Below are positions 52,760 to 61,810 of a stretch of DNA of 63,912 bases, in pieces. The translations under genes and the position numbers were made by a program. Every line of letters begins with the position of its first letter. Position 1 is the stretch's first letter. The DNA comes from Gemmatimonadales bacterium (GTDB lineage Bacteria > Gemmatimonadota > Gemmatimonadetes > Gemmatimonadales > GWC2-71-9), in NCBI GenBank assembly GCA_036566495.1, contig DATCWE010000049.1, forward strand, positions 1 to 63,912. The letters are read 5' to 3'. The notes beneath the pieces were generated by a model. The model was not told the DNA's origin. It saw only the letters and a program-made list of their open reading frames with translations, and searched no databases.

Positions 52760-53217
52760 TGGGCTTCTTTTCCGCACAACCCGCGGTCAGCACCCCGGCA
52801 AAGTCCGGGATGCCCGCCACCGGCGACCGCCGCCGTAATCGCGACCCGCAAGGCGGCCTTTCGATCGTGGCGAAGGATCTTACCATCGCGGGCGACCTGC
52901 AGGCCGAGGGGGTCATCCGCATCGAGGGGCGCGTGGTGGGCAATGTCCATGCGGGCGATCAGGTGCTGCTCTGCGACGGTGGAATTGTCGAGGGCGATGT
53001 GGTCGCGCGCGAGGTGGTCATCGGTGGCCGGGTACACGGCTGCATTTCGAGCCAGGAGCGGGTGGAGCTGCAGTCTACCGCGATCGTGCACGGCGACATC
53101 GCGACGCGGCGCTTGCTCATTCAGGAGGGCGGCAGGGTAAACGGTGCAGTCAGGATGGATGGCGTGGAGGTCCAGCAGCCGGTCGTGGAGGGATTGCGGC
53201 TCGCGGCAAGCAGCTAA
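52759..53217 (+). CDS. bactofilin (polymer-forming cytoskeletal protein)
   Basis: The ATG shares 1 nt with the M23 stop. Repetitive beta-helix pattern (IAGDLQAEGVIRIEGRVVGNVHAGDQVLL...VEGDVVAREVVIGGRVHG). Confidence 0.85.
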   Translation: MGFFSAQPAVSTPAKSGMPATGDRRRNRDPQGGLSIVAKDLTIAGDLQAEGVIRIEGRVVGNVHAGDQVLLCDGGIVEGDVVAREVVIGGRVHGCISSQERVELQSTAIVHGDIATRRLLIQEGGRVNGAVRMDGVEVQQPVVEGLRLAASS

Positions 53218-53241
53218 CCACTAACCGCTGACGGCGGGGGG

Positions 53242-54222
53242 ATGGTCAGGGCGCGCACCCTCATCGGCGTTCTCCTCGGCCTCGTTGTCGGATGCGCGAA
53301 ACCGCCCGCGGGTGCGGGTGGCTTCCGCGTCGCGCTCATCACCCCCGGCTCCATCGCGGACGCTGCCTGGAACTCGGGCGCCTATGCCGGGTTGCTGCAG
53401 ATCCGGGACTCCACCGGTGCGACCATCAGCCACGTCGAGGCCCGCACTCCGGGCGAGCAGATCGAAGCCTTGCGCACCTATGCCACGCAGGGATACAACC
53501 TCGTGTTCGGGCACGGCTTCGAGTTCCAGGGTCCCGCGGAGCGGATCGGGGCCGAGTTTCCCACGACGGTATTCGTGGTCACTTCGGGCGAGCGGGTCTC
53601 GGCGGCGGGCAACGTCGTGCCAATGGTGTTCGGCATCGAGGAGGGGACCTATCTCGCCGGGATGGCGGCAGGGGGAATGACCCGGTCCAACAAGCTCGGC
53701 TTTGTGGGCGGGATGGAGCTGCCGCCCATCGTGCGCGGTTATCAGGGCTGGCTCAACGGCGCTAAGGCCGTCAATCCGCGGGTCGAGAGCCGGATCGCCT
53801 ATCTGAACACGTTCGATGACGTGGCGGCCGGACGGGAAGCGGCCCTCGCCATGATCCGGTTGGGTGTCGACATGCTGCATCACAACGCGGACCAGGCCGC
53901 GCTGGGGTTGTTCCAGGCCGTCAAGGACAGCAAGGGAGTCTATGCCTTCGGCGCGAACGCCGACCAGAGCGCGCTGGCTCCGGAGCGCGTGCTCGGCTCG
54001 GTCGTGATCGATCTGCCCAAGGCGTTCCTCGCCATCGCGCGCGAAGTGAAGGAAGGACGCTTCATTCCGCGGGTCGAGACGTTCGGGCTGGGAGGCGGGG
54101 TGCTGCGATACGATCCTAACCCGGCGCTCGACAGTCTGGTGCCGGCCGCGCTGCGGGCCCGGATGCAGGCCGCCCGCGATTCGATCCTGGCGGGAACCCT
54201 CAAGCCCCTCGCGGTGCACTGA
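53242..54222 (+). CDS. BMP-family (PnrA/Med-like) ABC substrate-binding lipoprotein
   Basis: Lipobox LVVGCAK. VALITPGSIADAAWNSGAYAGL...GYNLVFGHGFEF is typical of basic-membrane-protein nucleoside binders. Confidence 0.8.
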   Translation: MVRARTLIGVLLGLVVGCAKPPAGAGGFRVALITPGSIADAAWNSGAYAGLLQIRDSTGATISHVEARTPGEQIEALRTYATQGYNLVFGHGFEFQGPAERIGAEFPTTVFVVTSGERVSAAGNVVPMVFGIEEGTYLAGMAAGGMTRSNKLGFVGGMELPPIVRGYQGWLNGAKAVNPRVESRIAYLNTFDDVAAGREAALAMIRLGVDMLHHNADQAALGLFQAVKDSKGVYAFGANADQSALAPERVLGSVVIDLPKAFLAIAREVKEGRFIPRVETFGLGGGVLRYDPNPALDSLVPAALRARMQAARDSILAGTLKPLAVH

Positions 54223-54230
54223 GCCCGGCA

Positions 54231-55007
54231 ATGGCGTCCCAGCCCCTGCGCGCCCTTACGGAATACCTCGACCAGTACCTGCGGGTACGCGAGGTTCCCG
54301 ACGAGGCCAACGCCGTCAACGGCCTGCAAGTGGAGAATGCCTCGGGCCAGGTGAGCCGCATCGTTGCCGCTGTCGACGGCAGCCTCGCGACCATCCTGTC
54401 GGTGGCTCGGGAGGAGGCGGGGGCGGCTCTGCTCCTGGTACATCACGGCTTGCTCTGGGACGGCAACGTCCCCGTCACCGGCAGGCGCTACCAGCGCCTC
54501 CGGGCTCTGCTTGAGCACGACATCGCACTGTACTCCGCCCACATCCCGCTCGATGTCCATCCGGAGGTCGGCAACAATGCCGTGCTGGCTCGTCAACTCG
54601 GGCTCGGCTCGCTCGAATCCTTCGACAGCTATCGTGGCATTCCCCTCGGCATCCAGGGGGTGCTACAGCCCCCCGAGTCGCGCGACGGGCTGGCCGGGCG
54701 GGTGGAACGTGTGCTGGGGACGCAAGTCCGTTTGATCCCCGGAGGACCGGAGCTCTCGCGACGGGTCGGGATCATCACGGGCGGCGCGGGAGGACGGATC
54801 GCTGCCGCGCACGCGGCAGGCCTCGACACCTACCTCACCGGCGAGGGCGCGCATCACACCTACTTTGACGCGATGGAACTCGGCATGAACCTGATCTACG
54901 CTGGGCATTACGCGACGGAAACGGTGGGCGTCAAGGCCCTGGCGGCCCGGCTCGGCGAACGCTTTGGGCTTCCCTGGGAGTTTCACGACCATCCCACGGG
55001 ACTCTGA
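54231..55007 (+). CDS. Nif3-like dinuclear metal centre protein (GTP cyclohydrolase 1 type 2 family)
   Basis: NGLQVEN, LLLVHHGLLW, AHIPLDVHPEVGNN, TGEGAHH, AGHYATE. Confidence 0.85.
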   Translation: MASQPLRALTEYLDQYLRVREVPDEANAVNGLQVENASGQVSRIVAAVDGSLATILSVAREEAGAALLLVHHGLLWDGNVPVTGRRYQRLRALLEHDIALYSAHIPLDVHPEVGNNAVLARQLGLGSLESFDSYRGIPLGIQGVLQPPESRDGLAGRVERVLGTQVRLIPGGPELSRRVGIITGGAGGRIAAAHAAGLDTYLTGEGAHHTYFDAMELGMNLIYAGHYATETVGVKALAARLGERFGLPWEFHDHPTGL

Positions 55008-55019
55008 GGCGGTGAACGG

Positions 55020-56417
55020 GTGAGCTCGGCAACCGCGTCGGCCCTGGAGCTGCGCGGCGTCGTCAAGTCCTTCGGCTCCGTGCAGGCACTGCGCGGAGCC
55101 GATTTCGTGCTGGCTCCCGGCGAGGTCCATGCGCTCCTGGGCGAGAACGGGGCGGGCAAGTCCACGCTGCTGCAGGTGGCCTATGGCATGATCACGCCCG
55201 AGGCCGGAGTTCTCCGCCTCCACGGCCAGCCCGTGGCCTTCCGCTCGCCGCGCTCGGCTCGCGCCGCGGGGATCGGAATGGTGCACCAGCACTTCACGAG
55301 TATTCCGGCGCTCACCGTCGAGGAGAATATCGCGCTCGCCGCCGGGCGGTTCGACGTGCGGCTCGACGGCGTGGTGGTGGGCGAGCTGCTGCAGGGACTG
55401 GATCCGCGCGCTCCGGTGGAATCCCTGGGAGTCGCGCTGCGGCAGCGACTCGAGATCGTGAAAGCCCTGGCGACCGATGCCCGGATTCTGCTGCTGGACG
55501 AGCCCAGCGCCGTCCTCGCGCCCAGGGAGGTGGATGGGCTGCTCGCAATGCTGCGACGGTTCGCGAAGGAGGGCGGTGCCGTCGTGCTGGTCACCCACAA
55601 GCTGCCTGAGGTGCTGGCCGCGGCGGACCGGGTGACGGTCCTGCGCGAAGGGACGACTGTGCTGGCCGGGCCCGTCGCGGCGCAGACCATAGAGCGACTG
55701 GCAGAGGCCATGATCGGGGGGGCGGGAAGCGTGGAGGCTGGGGACTCCTCCGCCGAGGTCCCCGCCGCACGGGCTCACTCAGATACGCCGGTCACCCGTC
55801 TCGGCGACGTCCCCCTCCACGCCGGCGAGCTCATCGGCATCGCGGCGATTGAGGGCAACGGGCAGCGGGAGCTCCTGCGACGAATTGCGGGCCAGCAGGG
55901 CGGACCGGTGGCCTTCGTGCCGGAGGATCGCACGACCGAGGGGCTCATCCCGGCGTTCTCTCTCACGGAAAACGTGGTGCTCGGCCTGCGCGACGACCCG
56001 CGCTGGGCCCTCGGCCACCGACTGAACTGGGACGCAGCACGCGCCGGCACCGCGCGGCTGATCGGCAGCTTCGGAATTCGCGCAGAGGGGCCGGATGCTC
56101 CGGCGGCGACGCTCTCGGGCGGCAATCAGCAAAAGCTGATTCTGGCACGGGCGCTCGAAGGCCGGCCGCGCATACTCGTAGCCGAGAATCCCACGCGTGG
56201 TCTCGATATCCGTGCGACGGCCGAAGTGCACGATCGGCTGCGCGAAGCCGCGCGAGCCGGGGTGACCGTCATCGTGTACTCGACCGATCTGGATGAGGTG
56301 CTGGAGCTGGGTGAGCGGATCCTCGTGGTGCGGCGCGGACAGGTAACGGAGGCCCCCGGCCGCGCCGACCGCCGCGCCGTCGGCGACCTCATGCTAGGGG
56401 TCCAGCGTGATCGTTGA
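55020..56417 (+). CDS. ABC transporter ATP-binding protein, duplicated NBD (sugar/nucleoside type)
   Basis: GTG start. First NBD: GENGAGKST, LLLDEPSAVL. Second NBD: degenerate Walker A IEGNGQ, LSGGNQQK, LVAENPTRGLD. Confidence 0.88.
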   Translation: MSSATASALELRGVVKSFGSVQALRGADFVLAPGEVHALLGENGAGKSTLLQVAYGMITPEAGVLRLHGQPVAFRSPRSARAAGIGMVHQHFTSIPALTVEENIALAAGRFDVRLDGVVVGELLQGLDPRAPVESLGVALRQRLEIVKALATDARILLLDEPSAVLAPREVDGLLAMLRRFAKEGGAVVLVTHKLPEVLAAADRVTVLREGTTVLAGPVAAQTIERLAEAMIGGAGSVEAGDSSAEVPAARAHSDTPVTRLGDVPLHAGELIGIAAIEGNGQRELLRRIAGQQGGPVAFVPEDRTTEGLIPAFSLTENVVLGLRDDPRWALGHRLNWDAARAGTARLIGSFGIRAEGPDAPAATLSGGNQQKLILARALEGRPRILVAENPTRGLDIRATAEVHDRLREAARAGVTVIVYSTDLDEVLELGERILVVRRGQVTEAPGRADRRAVGDLMLGVQRDR

Positions 56418-57447
56418 GCGGATCCGACCCCTCGGTACTGCGATCGCGGCACTGGCTGCCGGCTTTCTGGTGCTCGCCCTGGGCCTTGCCGTCGCGGGTT
56501 ATGACGCGTCGCTGGCTCTCGGGGCGATGTGGCGGGGAGCGTTCGGGTCCTGGGATGCCCTGCTGTCCGCGACGCTGGTGCGCTCGGTTCCCCTTATCGT
56601 GCTGGGCCTGGGAATCGCGCTCGCCTTCCAAGCCGGCGCCCTCAATATTGGCGGCGAAGGGCAGTTCTATGCCGGTGCGGTGGCAGCCACCTGGGTTGGC
56701 CTTCGGGTGGGGGGATGGCCCGCGCCGCTGGCCATCGGGACGGTCTGGCTCGCGGCTGCGGTCGCCGGGGTGCTTTGGATCGCGGTCCCGGTGCTGCTCA
56801 AGCTGCGCTTCGGTGTGCTGGAAGTCATCTCGACCCTCCTGCTCAACTTTGTGGCGGAAGCGGCCGTGAGCTATGCGGTCACCGGGCCGTTACAGGAAGC
56901 GCATCATGTCTATCCTCAGAGCGATCCCATTGCAGAGGTCGCCCGGCTTCCGCGCTTGCCCGGCTCTCGCCTGCATCTCGGCATCGCCGTGGCCATCCTG
57001 CTCGGCGCAGGTCTCTGGTTCGTTCTCAAAAAGACCAGCTGGGGATTCCAGCTCCGCGCTACCGGGCTCGGGCCGCGTGCGGCCGAGCTCAGCGGCAGGA
57101 TCCCGGTGCGGCGAGTGCTTGGCTTCGCGCTGCTCTGGTCGGGCGCGTTTGCCGGCTTGGCCGGCGGGCTCGAGATCTCCGGTGTCAGCTACAGTCTCTA
57201 TCAGAATCTCTCGCCCGGATACGGATTCACGGCGATCGCGGTGGCGCTGCTCGCCCGGCTGCATCCGCTGGGAATCCTGGCCACCGGTCTGCTGTTCGGC
57301 GCCCTGGAAGCCGGGGCGCAAGGCATGCAGCGCGAGGCAGGCGTACCGGCGGTCGCGGTGGCCGTCGCGGAAGGGACGATTATCCTGGCGGTCCTGCTGG
57401 CACAGGTGCTGGGCCGCCGAGCCGGCGCGGAAAGGCGGACCGCGTGA
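56407..57447 (+). CDS. ABC transporter permease
   Basis: GTG start overlapping the ATPase gene by 11 nt. Polytopic membrane protein with GGEGQFYAG, typical of BMP-type importer permeases. Confidence 0.85.
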   Translation: MIVERIRPLGTAIAALAAGFLVLALGLAVAGYDASLALGAMWRGAFGSWDALLSATLVRSVPLIVLGLGIALAFQAGALNIGGEGQFYAGAVAATWVGLRVGGWPAPLAIGTVWLAAAVAGVLWIAVPVLLKLRFGVLEVISTLLLNFVAEAAVSYAVTGPLQEAHHVYPQSDPIAEVARLPRLPGSRLHLGIAVAILLGAGLWFVLKKTSWGFQLRATGLGPRAAELSGRIPVRRVLGFALLWSGAFAGLAGGLEISGVSYSLYQNLSPGYGFTAIAVALLARLHPLGILATGLLFGALEAGAQGMQREAGVPAVAVAVAEGTIILAVLLAQVLGRRAGAERRTA

Positions 57448-58355
57448 ACGAGGCGCTGGGGATCCTCACCGGCTTCCTGGCTGCGTCGGTGCGGATTTCC
57501 ACGCCCTTGCTGCTGGCGGCAACGGGAGAGCTCATCGCGGAACGCGGGGGAGTGATCAACCTCGGTATCGAAGGTGCCATGCTGGCCGGAGCGCTGGCTT
57601 CCGCGATTGGTGCGGCCAATGGTGGTCCCTGGATCGGGGTGGTGAGCGCCGTCGCGGCAGGCATACTCGTCGCCCTGGTGTTCAGCATGGTGGCTATCGC
57701 GGCGAGAGCCGATCAGATCATTACCGGCACCGCCATCACCCTGGGCGCAGTGGGGCTGACCGGGGCAGTATATAGGACGGCATTCGGCGCCAGTGGCCCG
57801 GGGCTCTCCATCCCCACCTTCGGGACGTGGTCGGTGCCAGGCCTGCGGGCGATTCCAATCGTGGGACCAGCGCTGTTCGAACAATCCGCGCTTACGTATC
57901 TGGCCTGGCTGCTGGTGCCCCTCGCGGCGTGGTTCCTGTTCCGGAGCTGGTGGGGGCTCGCGCTCCGCGCGACAGGAGAATCTGCGGCGGCGGCCCGTGC
58001 GTCAGGAGTGCCGGTGCGCAGGCTCCAGGTGCTCGCGACCCTGTTCGGAGGCGCGCTGGCCGGCTTGGCAGGCGCCACTCTGGTGCTCGCGCAGGTGGGG
58101 ACTTTCGCGGAGCGGATGACCGCCGGCCGGGGGTTCATCGCGATTGCGATCGTCGTGCTGGGCCGCTGGCGCCCGGGAGGCGTGCTGTTGGCAGCGCTAT
58201 TGTTCGGCGGCGCGAGCGCGCTGCAATTTGCGTTTCAGGCCATGGGATTGGCGCTGCCCTACCAGTTGTTCCTGGCGATGCCATACCTCATCGCCTTGCT
58301 TGCGCTGGCCGGCGCGGTGGGAAAGACCAGAGCGCCGGCGGGGCTCGGTCGCTGA
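57444..58355 (+). CDS. ABC transporter permease (second subunit)
   Basis: GTGA overlap with the first permease. ELIAERGGVINLGIEGAMLAG and multiple TM helices. Confidence 0.85.
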   Translation: MNEALGILTGFLAASVRISTPLLLAATGELIAERGGVINLGIEGAMLAGALASAIGAANGGPWIGVVSAVAAGILVALVFSMVAIAARADQIITGTAITLGAVGLTGAVYRTAFGASGPGLSIPTFGTWSVPGLRAIPIVGPALFEQSALTYLAWLLVPLAAWFLFRSWWGLALRATGESAAAARASGVPVRRLQVLATLFGGALAGLAGATLVLAQVGTFAERMTAGRGFIAIAIVVLGRWRPGGVLLAALLFGGASALQFAFQAMGLALPYQLFLAMPYLIALLALAGAVGKTRAPAGLGR

Positions 58356-59842
58356 GCGGCGTTCCACCTCCGCTTCAGCTCGTCGATGACCACCAGTCGC
58401 ACATCGCGCAGGGTCCGCAACACCTTGAGCGCGGGGTTCTGTGGATTCAGAAACCCGAGGTTCTGCTCCCCCCCGCTCACTAGAAAGTCCGGCAAAACCA
58501 CGCTGTAGTGTCCCACGGGATCGAGCGGCTTGCCGCCGATTCGCCACCCCGTGGGGGTGGCCTCCACTTTCGCGCGGAGCAGGAAGCCGCCGATCCCGCG
58601 GTTTGCGTCACCCTGCTCGAGCACTTGTTGCAGCAGCGCACCGCTCATCTCCACCTCGAGCAGGCGTCCTCCGAACGGCAACAAACGAATCACGTCATAC
58701 TCGCTGAGCGGTCCAGGCGGCAGCACATCGTCGAGGCGGACCGACCCGCTATTGAGCAACGCCAGGTCGGCATCGGGGGCTTCCGCCAGCAACGCGCTGG
58801 TCAGCAGCTGCGTGAGCTCGTTTTCCCGCACCCGAATGATGACGGCGCGGGCGTCGAGGGCCAGCGGCACCGTCGCGATCACGCGATCGGGCTCCAGGCC
58901 GTCGCCACGAAACGCGGCGTAGCCCAGTTCGGTCCAGTGTTTGACCTCCGCGGCGACATTCGCGTCCTCGGGCATCGTATCGGTGATGGGCAGGAGCCGC
59001 CAGCTCGCGACCGCGCGCTCGCCAGGGCGCACCATGAGATCGACGATCGCCACGGTGCGGACGTTTGCATCCGCTTTGATCACCGGCGTCAGCCGGGCGC
59101 CCCGGCGGATCACCCAGTTCTCGTGCTCGTGCCCGCCGAGGATCAGGTCCAGCTCGGGGAGCTGCTCGGCGAGAGTTGCGTCGGTCTGCAGGGTCAAGTG
59201 GGTGAGCGCCACGATGACATCCACGCTGTCACGAATGCGAGCGATCTCTTCGCGCAGAGCGTCGAGTGGGAGACGGTAGCGCAGGGTCGGTCGGCGTACT
59301 TGATCGATGGTGGCGGCGACGATGCCGATTCGGGCCACCTGTCCCCGAGCATCCGCAAGCCGGAGGATAAGGTGGCGCGGCATGCCGAGCAGGGGCCGAC
59401 CCAGCGAGTCGGTTACGTTGCTGCTCACGTAGGCAAATCGGGATTCGGCCACGCGCTTGGCCAGCTCCGCGTCGGAAAGGTCGAACTCGTGGTTGCCGAG
59501 CGTGGCGATGTCGAGGCCGACACGGTTGAGGACGGCGATCATCTGGCGCCCGGCGAGGCGTTCGCCATTGACCCGTGCCGTGCCGATTGCCGAAGGGGAA
59601 ACAAAGTCGCCCCCCAGCAGCATGCGGGTATTGGGGTTCTCCCGAATCAGGCGCTCGCGCAGGGCAGCCACGCGAGCCAGCCCGCCGGCCTTGCCCCCCT
59701 CCACGGGAGTGATTTCGTAGACGTCGTTGATGTGGAGCAGGGTGACGCGGATGGCTCCGCCGGCGGCAGCGGCTGTCGGCGCGGGGGCTGGATTCGATGC
59801 GCACGCGGCAAGGGCGGCGAGCGTGAAGAGCAGGGGTTTCAT
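58259..59842 (-). CDS. bifunctional metallophosphatase / 5'-nucleotidase lipoprotein
   Basis: Lipobox LAALAACAS. LLHINDVYE, GGDFVSPS, GNHEFD, and a C-terminal 5'-nucleotidase domain. The last roughly 32 codons overlap the convergent permease gene. Confidence 0.85.
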   Translation of the reverse strand: MKPLLFTLAALAACASNPAPAPTAAAAGGAIRVTLLHINDVYEITPVEGGKAGGLARVAALRERLIRENPNTRMLLGGDFVSPSAIGTARVNGERLAGRQMIAVLNRVGLDIATLGNHEFDLSDAELAKRVAESRFAYVSSNVTDSLGRPLLGMPRHLILRLADARGQVARIGIVAATIDQVRRPTLRYRLPLDALREEIARIRDSVDVIVALTHLTLQTDATLAEQLPELDLILGGHEHENWVIRRGARLTPVIKADANVRTVAIVDLMVRPGERAVASWRLLPITDTMPEDANVAAEVKHWTELGYAAFRGDGLEPDRVIATVPLALDARAVIIRVRENELTQLLTSALLAEAPDADLALLNSGSVRLDDVLPPGPLSEYDVIRLLPFGGRLLEVEMSGALLQQVLEQGDANRGIGGFLLRAKVEATPTGWRIGGKPLDPVGHYSVVLPDFLVSGGEQNLGFLNPQNPALKVLRTLRDVRLVVIDELKRRWNAAQRPSPAGALVFPTAPASASKAMRYGIARNNW

Positions 59843-59848
59843 CGGGGG

Positions 59849-61135
59849 TCAGTCCTTTCGGGCCAGATCCACGATCAGTGGCAGGTGATCCGATCCCAAA
59901 TCGGGACCCACCAGCGCGCGGAGCGGGCGCCAGCCGCTACAGCTCAGCACATGATCGATGCGGATGGAGAAGTGTGGCAGGAAGCGCGTCCAGCCGAATC
60001 CATGCCCCACAGTGGAAAAGGCATTGCGACAGCTTCCCCAGTAGGTGCGGTAGATGCTGCTCTCGACCGGCATGTTGAAGTCGCCGGCGATGATGACCGA
60101 ATCACTCTGCTGCCGAAGCCAGCGACTCAACCGGCGGGAGCCGACCTCCCGTACGAGCACATTGCGCTCCATCGCGCCGACCTGGTTGCCGTAACGCAAT
60201 GGCTCGAGGCCCTTGCGGGGGGTCTCGAGGTGAACGATGCCGAGGTCGATCGTGCCGGCAGAGGCGGCCAGCCGGTAGAAGACGGCATTCCCGGTACCTC
60301 CCTGCTCGCCGGTCAGTACGCGCTCCAGCGACCTGGCCTGGAGGACGGGAAAGCGACTGGCCAGGCAGAGCCCTTGCTCGAAACGCAACGTCCATCCAGC
60401 CGGCCAATACGTTGGGTCCAGGAGTCCCTCGGCACATTCCTGGAACACGAGAATGTCGGCCTGGTAGCCCTCCAGGCCCTGGGGAATGGCCAGCAGCTGA
60501 GGGTTTTCACCGCCGCGCACGTTGAAGGTGATGATGCGAACCGCGCGGGGTGTCCCGCCCGCGAGCCACCCGCGCCATCCCAGCCGGTATCCCATGCCCG
60601 GACCCAGCGCGACGAGGACTGCGAGCACCACGGGCAGCAGCAAGCGGGGTCGGGTCAAGCCGAGGACGATCAGGAGCAGCAGCGCGGGAATCAGCAGGGG
60701 CCAACGCGGGATGAAGAGCAGTACGCTTGCGAGCCACCAGGCATCCCCGCCCAGCCAGAGCAGCGCGGCATAGGCGAGGGTAACCGCCAGGTATCCCCAG
60801 GCTATGGGGGCGAGCAGTCTCGCGATCCGGGGGGATACCGGCAGGGGCCGGAAGTGGAGACGTGGGAGGCGGATCCGTCGATGCGGCCGCGGCGCGGTGA
60901 CCGGAGGCTTCGACCCGGCGGGAATGGGCAAGATCCTGCCGCAGCGGCAGCGTATGGCTTGACCGGCGTGGGCGGGGTCGGCGAAATAGAGCTGGCCGCA
61001 CGCGCAGCGGATCTCGAGCTTCAGAAGTACCCCCGCGCTAGGGAATGAAGCCGTGGGCGGCTTCCGTGCAGTGACAGTAACCTTACCCCGCCCGCCGATC
61101 CAATGACGGCGATTAACCAGAGGGGGCACGGTCAC
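59849..61135 (-). CDS. endonuclease/exonuclease/phosphatase (EEP) family protein with N-terminal Cys4 ribbon and TM segments
   Basis: N-terminal CACGQLYFADPAHAGQAIRCRCG, then about 4 hydrophobic helices, then the EEP core (IITFNVRG, LVFQEC, IIAGDFN, GSDHLPL). GTG start. Confidence 0.75.
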   Translation of the reverse strand: MTVPPLVNRRHWIGGRGKVTVTARKPPTASFPSAGVLLKLEIRCACGQLYFADPAHAGQAIRCRCGRILPIPAGSKPPVTAPRPHRRIRLPRLHFRPLPVSPRIARLLAPIAWGYLAVTLAYAALLWLGGDAWWLASVLLFIPRWPLLIPALLLLIVLGLTRPRLLLPVVLAVLVALGPGMGYRLGWRGWLAGGTPRAVRIITFNVRGGENPQLLAIPQGLEGYQADILVFQECAEGLLDPTYWPAGWTLRFEQGLCLASRFPVLQARSLERVLTGEQGGTGNAVFYRLAASAGTIDLGIVHLETPRKGLEPLRYGNQVGAMERNVLVREVGSRRLSRWLRQQSDSVIIAGDFNMPVESSIYRTYWGSCRNAFSTVGHGFGWTRFLPHFSIRIDHVLSCSGWRPLRALVGPDLGSDHLPLIVDLARKD

Positions 61136-61209
61136 GCTATCGCGATCGGCGGCCGCATGGTAGCCTTCGGCAAGCTCCGAGCTGATCCTCTTGAAACGGG
61201 TTTGAAGAA

Positions 61210-61761
61210 GTGAGCAGCAGTCGATCCCTCATCTGCCTCGTCGTCCTGATCGTTTCGGGTTCGACTAGCCTCGTCGGTCAGACGCCGGCGCGGTATGCTC
61301 CCTGCCGGGCCGCCCTTCCAGCCGATTCAAGCTGGTCCGGCTTCTCCATCGCCGGCCTTCGGTTGACCCTGCGGCTTCCCGCCAAGCTTCGGCCGGTTCG
61401 ATATAAGGACCTTGACCGGATGTTTCGCCGGGAGCAGGTACCGGAGATCTCGAGAAACCTCGCCGATTCAGTCGTGCTTGCCGCGGGATGGGCGGCTCCG
61501 GCCAAGGATCCCGGCGACATACAGCAAGTGTTCCTTTACACCATCAGTGGGTCTTACACACCGTCCGGAAGGCCGTGTTCCCTGAGCATCGCCGGCAAAC
61601 CCGGTTTGGCGTTCCTCCGGTCGTTGAGTGGGGGAAGCCAGGGGAATGAGTATTGGGCTGAGGCATACTGGCCGGGATTTGTGCTCGCCATTCGGGGAGG
61701 CACGCTGGACTCCTACGAAGTGGCGTTCCGGATCTTGCGCGCCGTCGCGGCGATGCCGTAA
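61210..61761 (+). CDS. hypothetical secreted protein
   Basis: GTG start. Signal-like LICLVVLIVSGSTSLVG. No family recognised. Confidence 0.45.
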   Translation: MSSSRSLICLVVLIVSGSTSLVGQTPARYAPCRAALPADSSWSGFSIAGLRLTLRLPAKLRPVRYKDLDRMFRREQVPEISRNLADSVVLAAGWAAPAKDPGDIQQVFLYTISGSYTPSGRPCSLSIAGKPGLAFLRSLSGGSQGNEYWAEAYWPGFVLAIRGGTLDSYEVAFRILRAVAAMP

Positions 61762-61810
61762 ACACAACGTTCGCAGGAGGACGGATTCATGGATCGGACC
61801 GCCAGTGCCA

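Noticed and set aside
58441-58449. DnaA-box-like word TGTGGATTC (58441-58449) inside coding sequence; a similar one, GTATCCACC, is at about 11784-11792.
   Set aside because: These are isolated 7/9 matches inside CDSs far from dnaA, which is the number expected by chance in 64 kb.
58508-61048. 846-aa plus-strand ORF spanning two minus-strand genes (5'-nucleotidase and EEP protein).
   Set aside because: It is antisense to two ORFs with clear family motifs. Its translation is Arg/Gly/Ala/Pro-rich low complexity with no recognisable domain. Long stop-free antisense frames are expected in GC-rich DNA.
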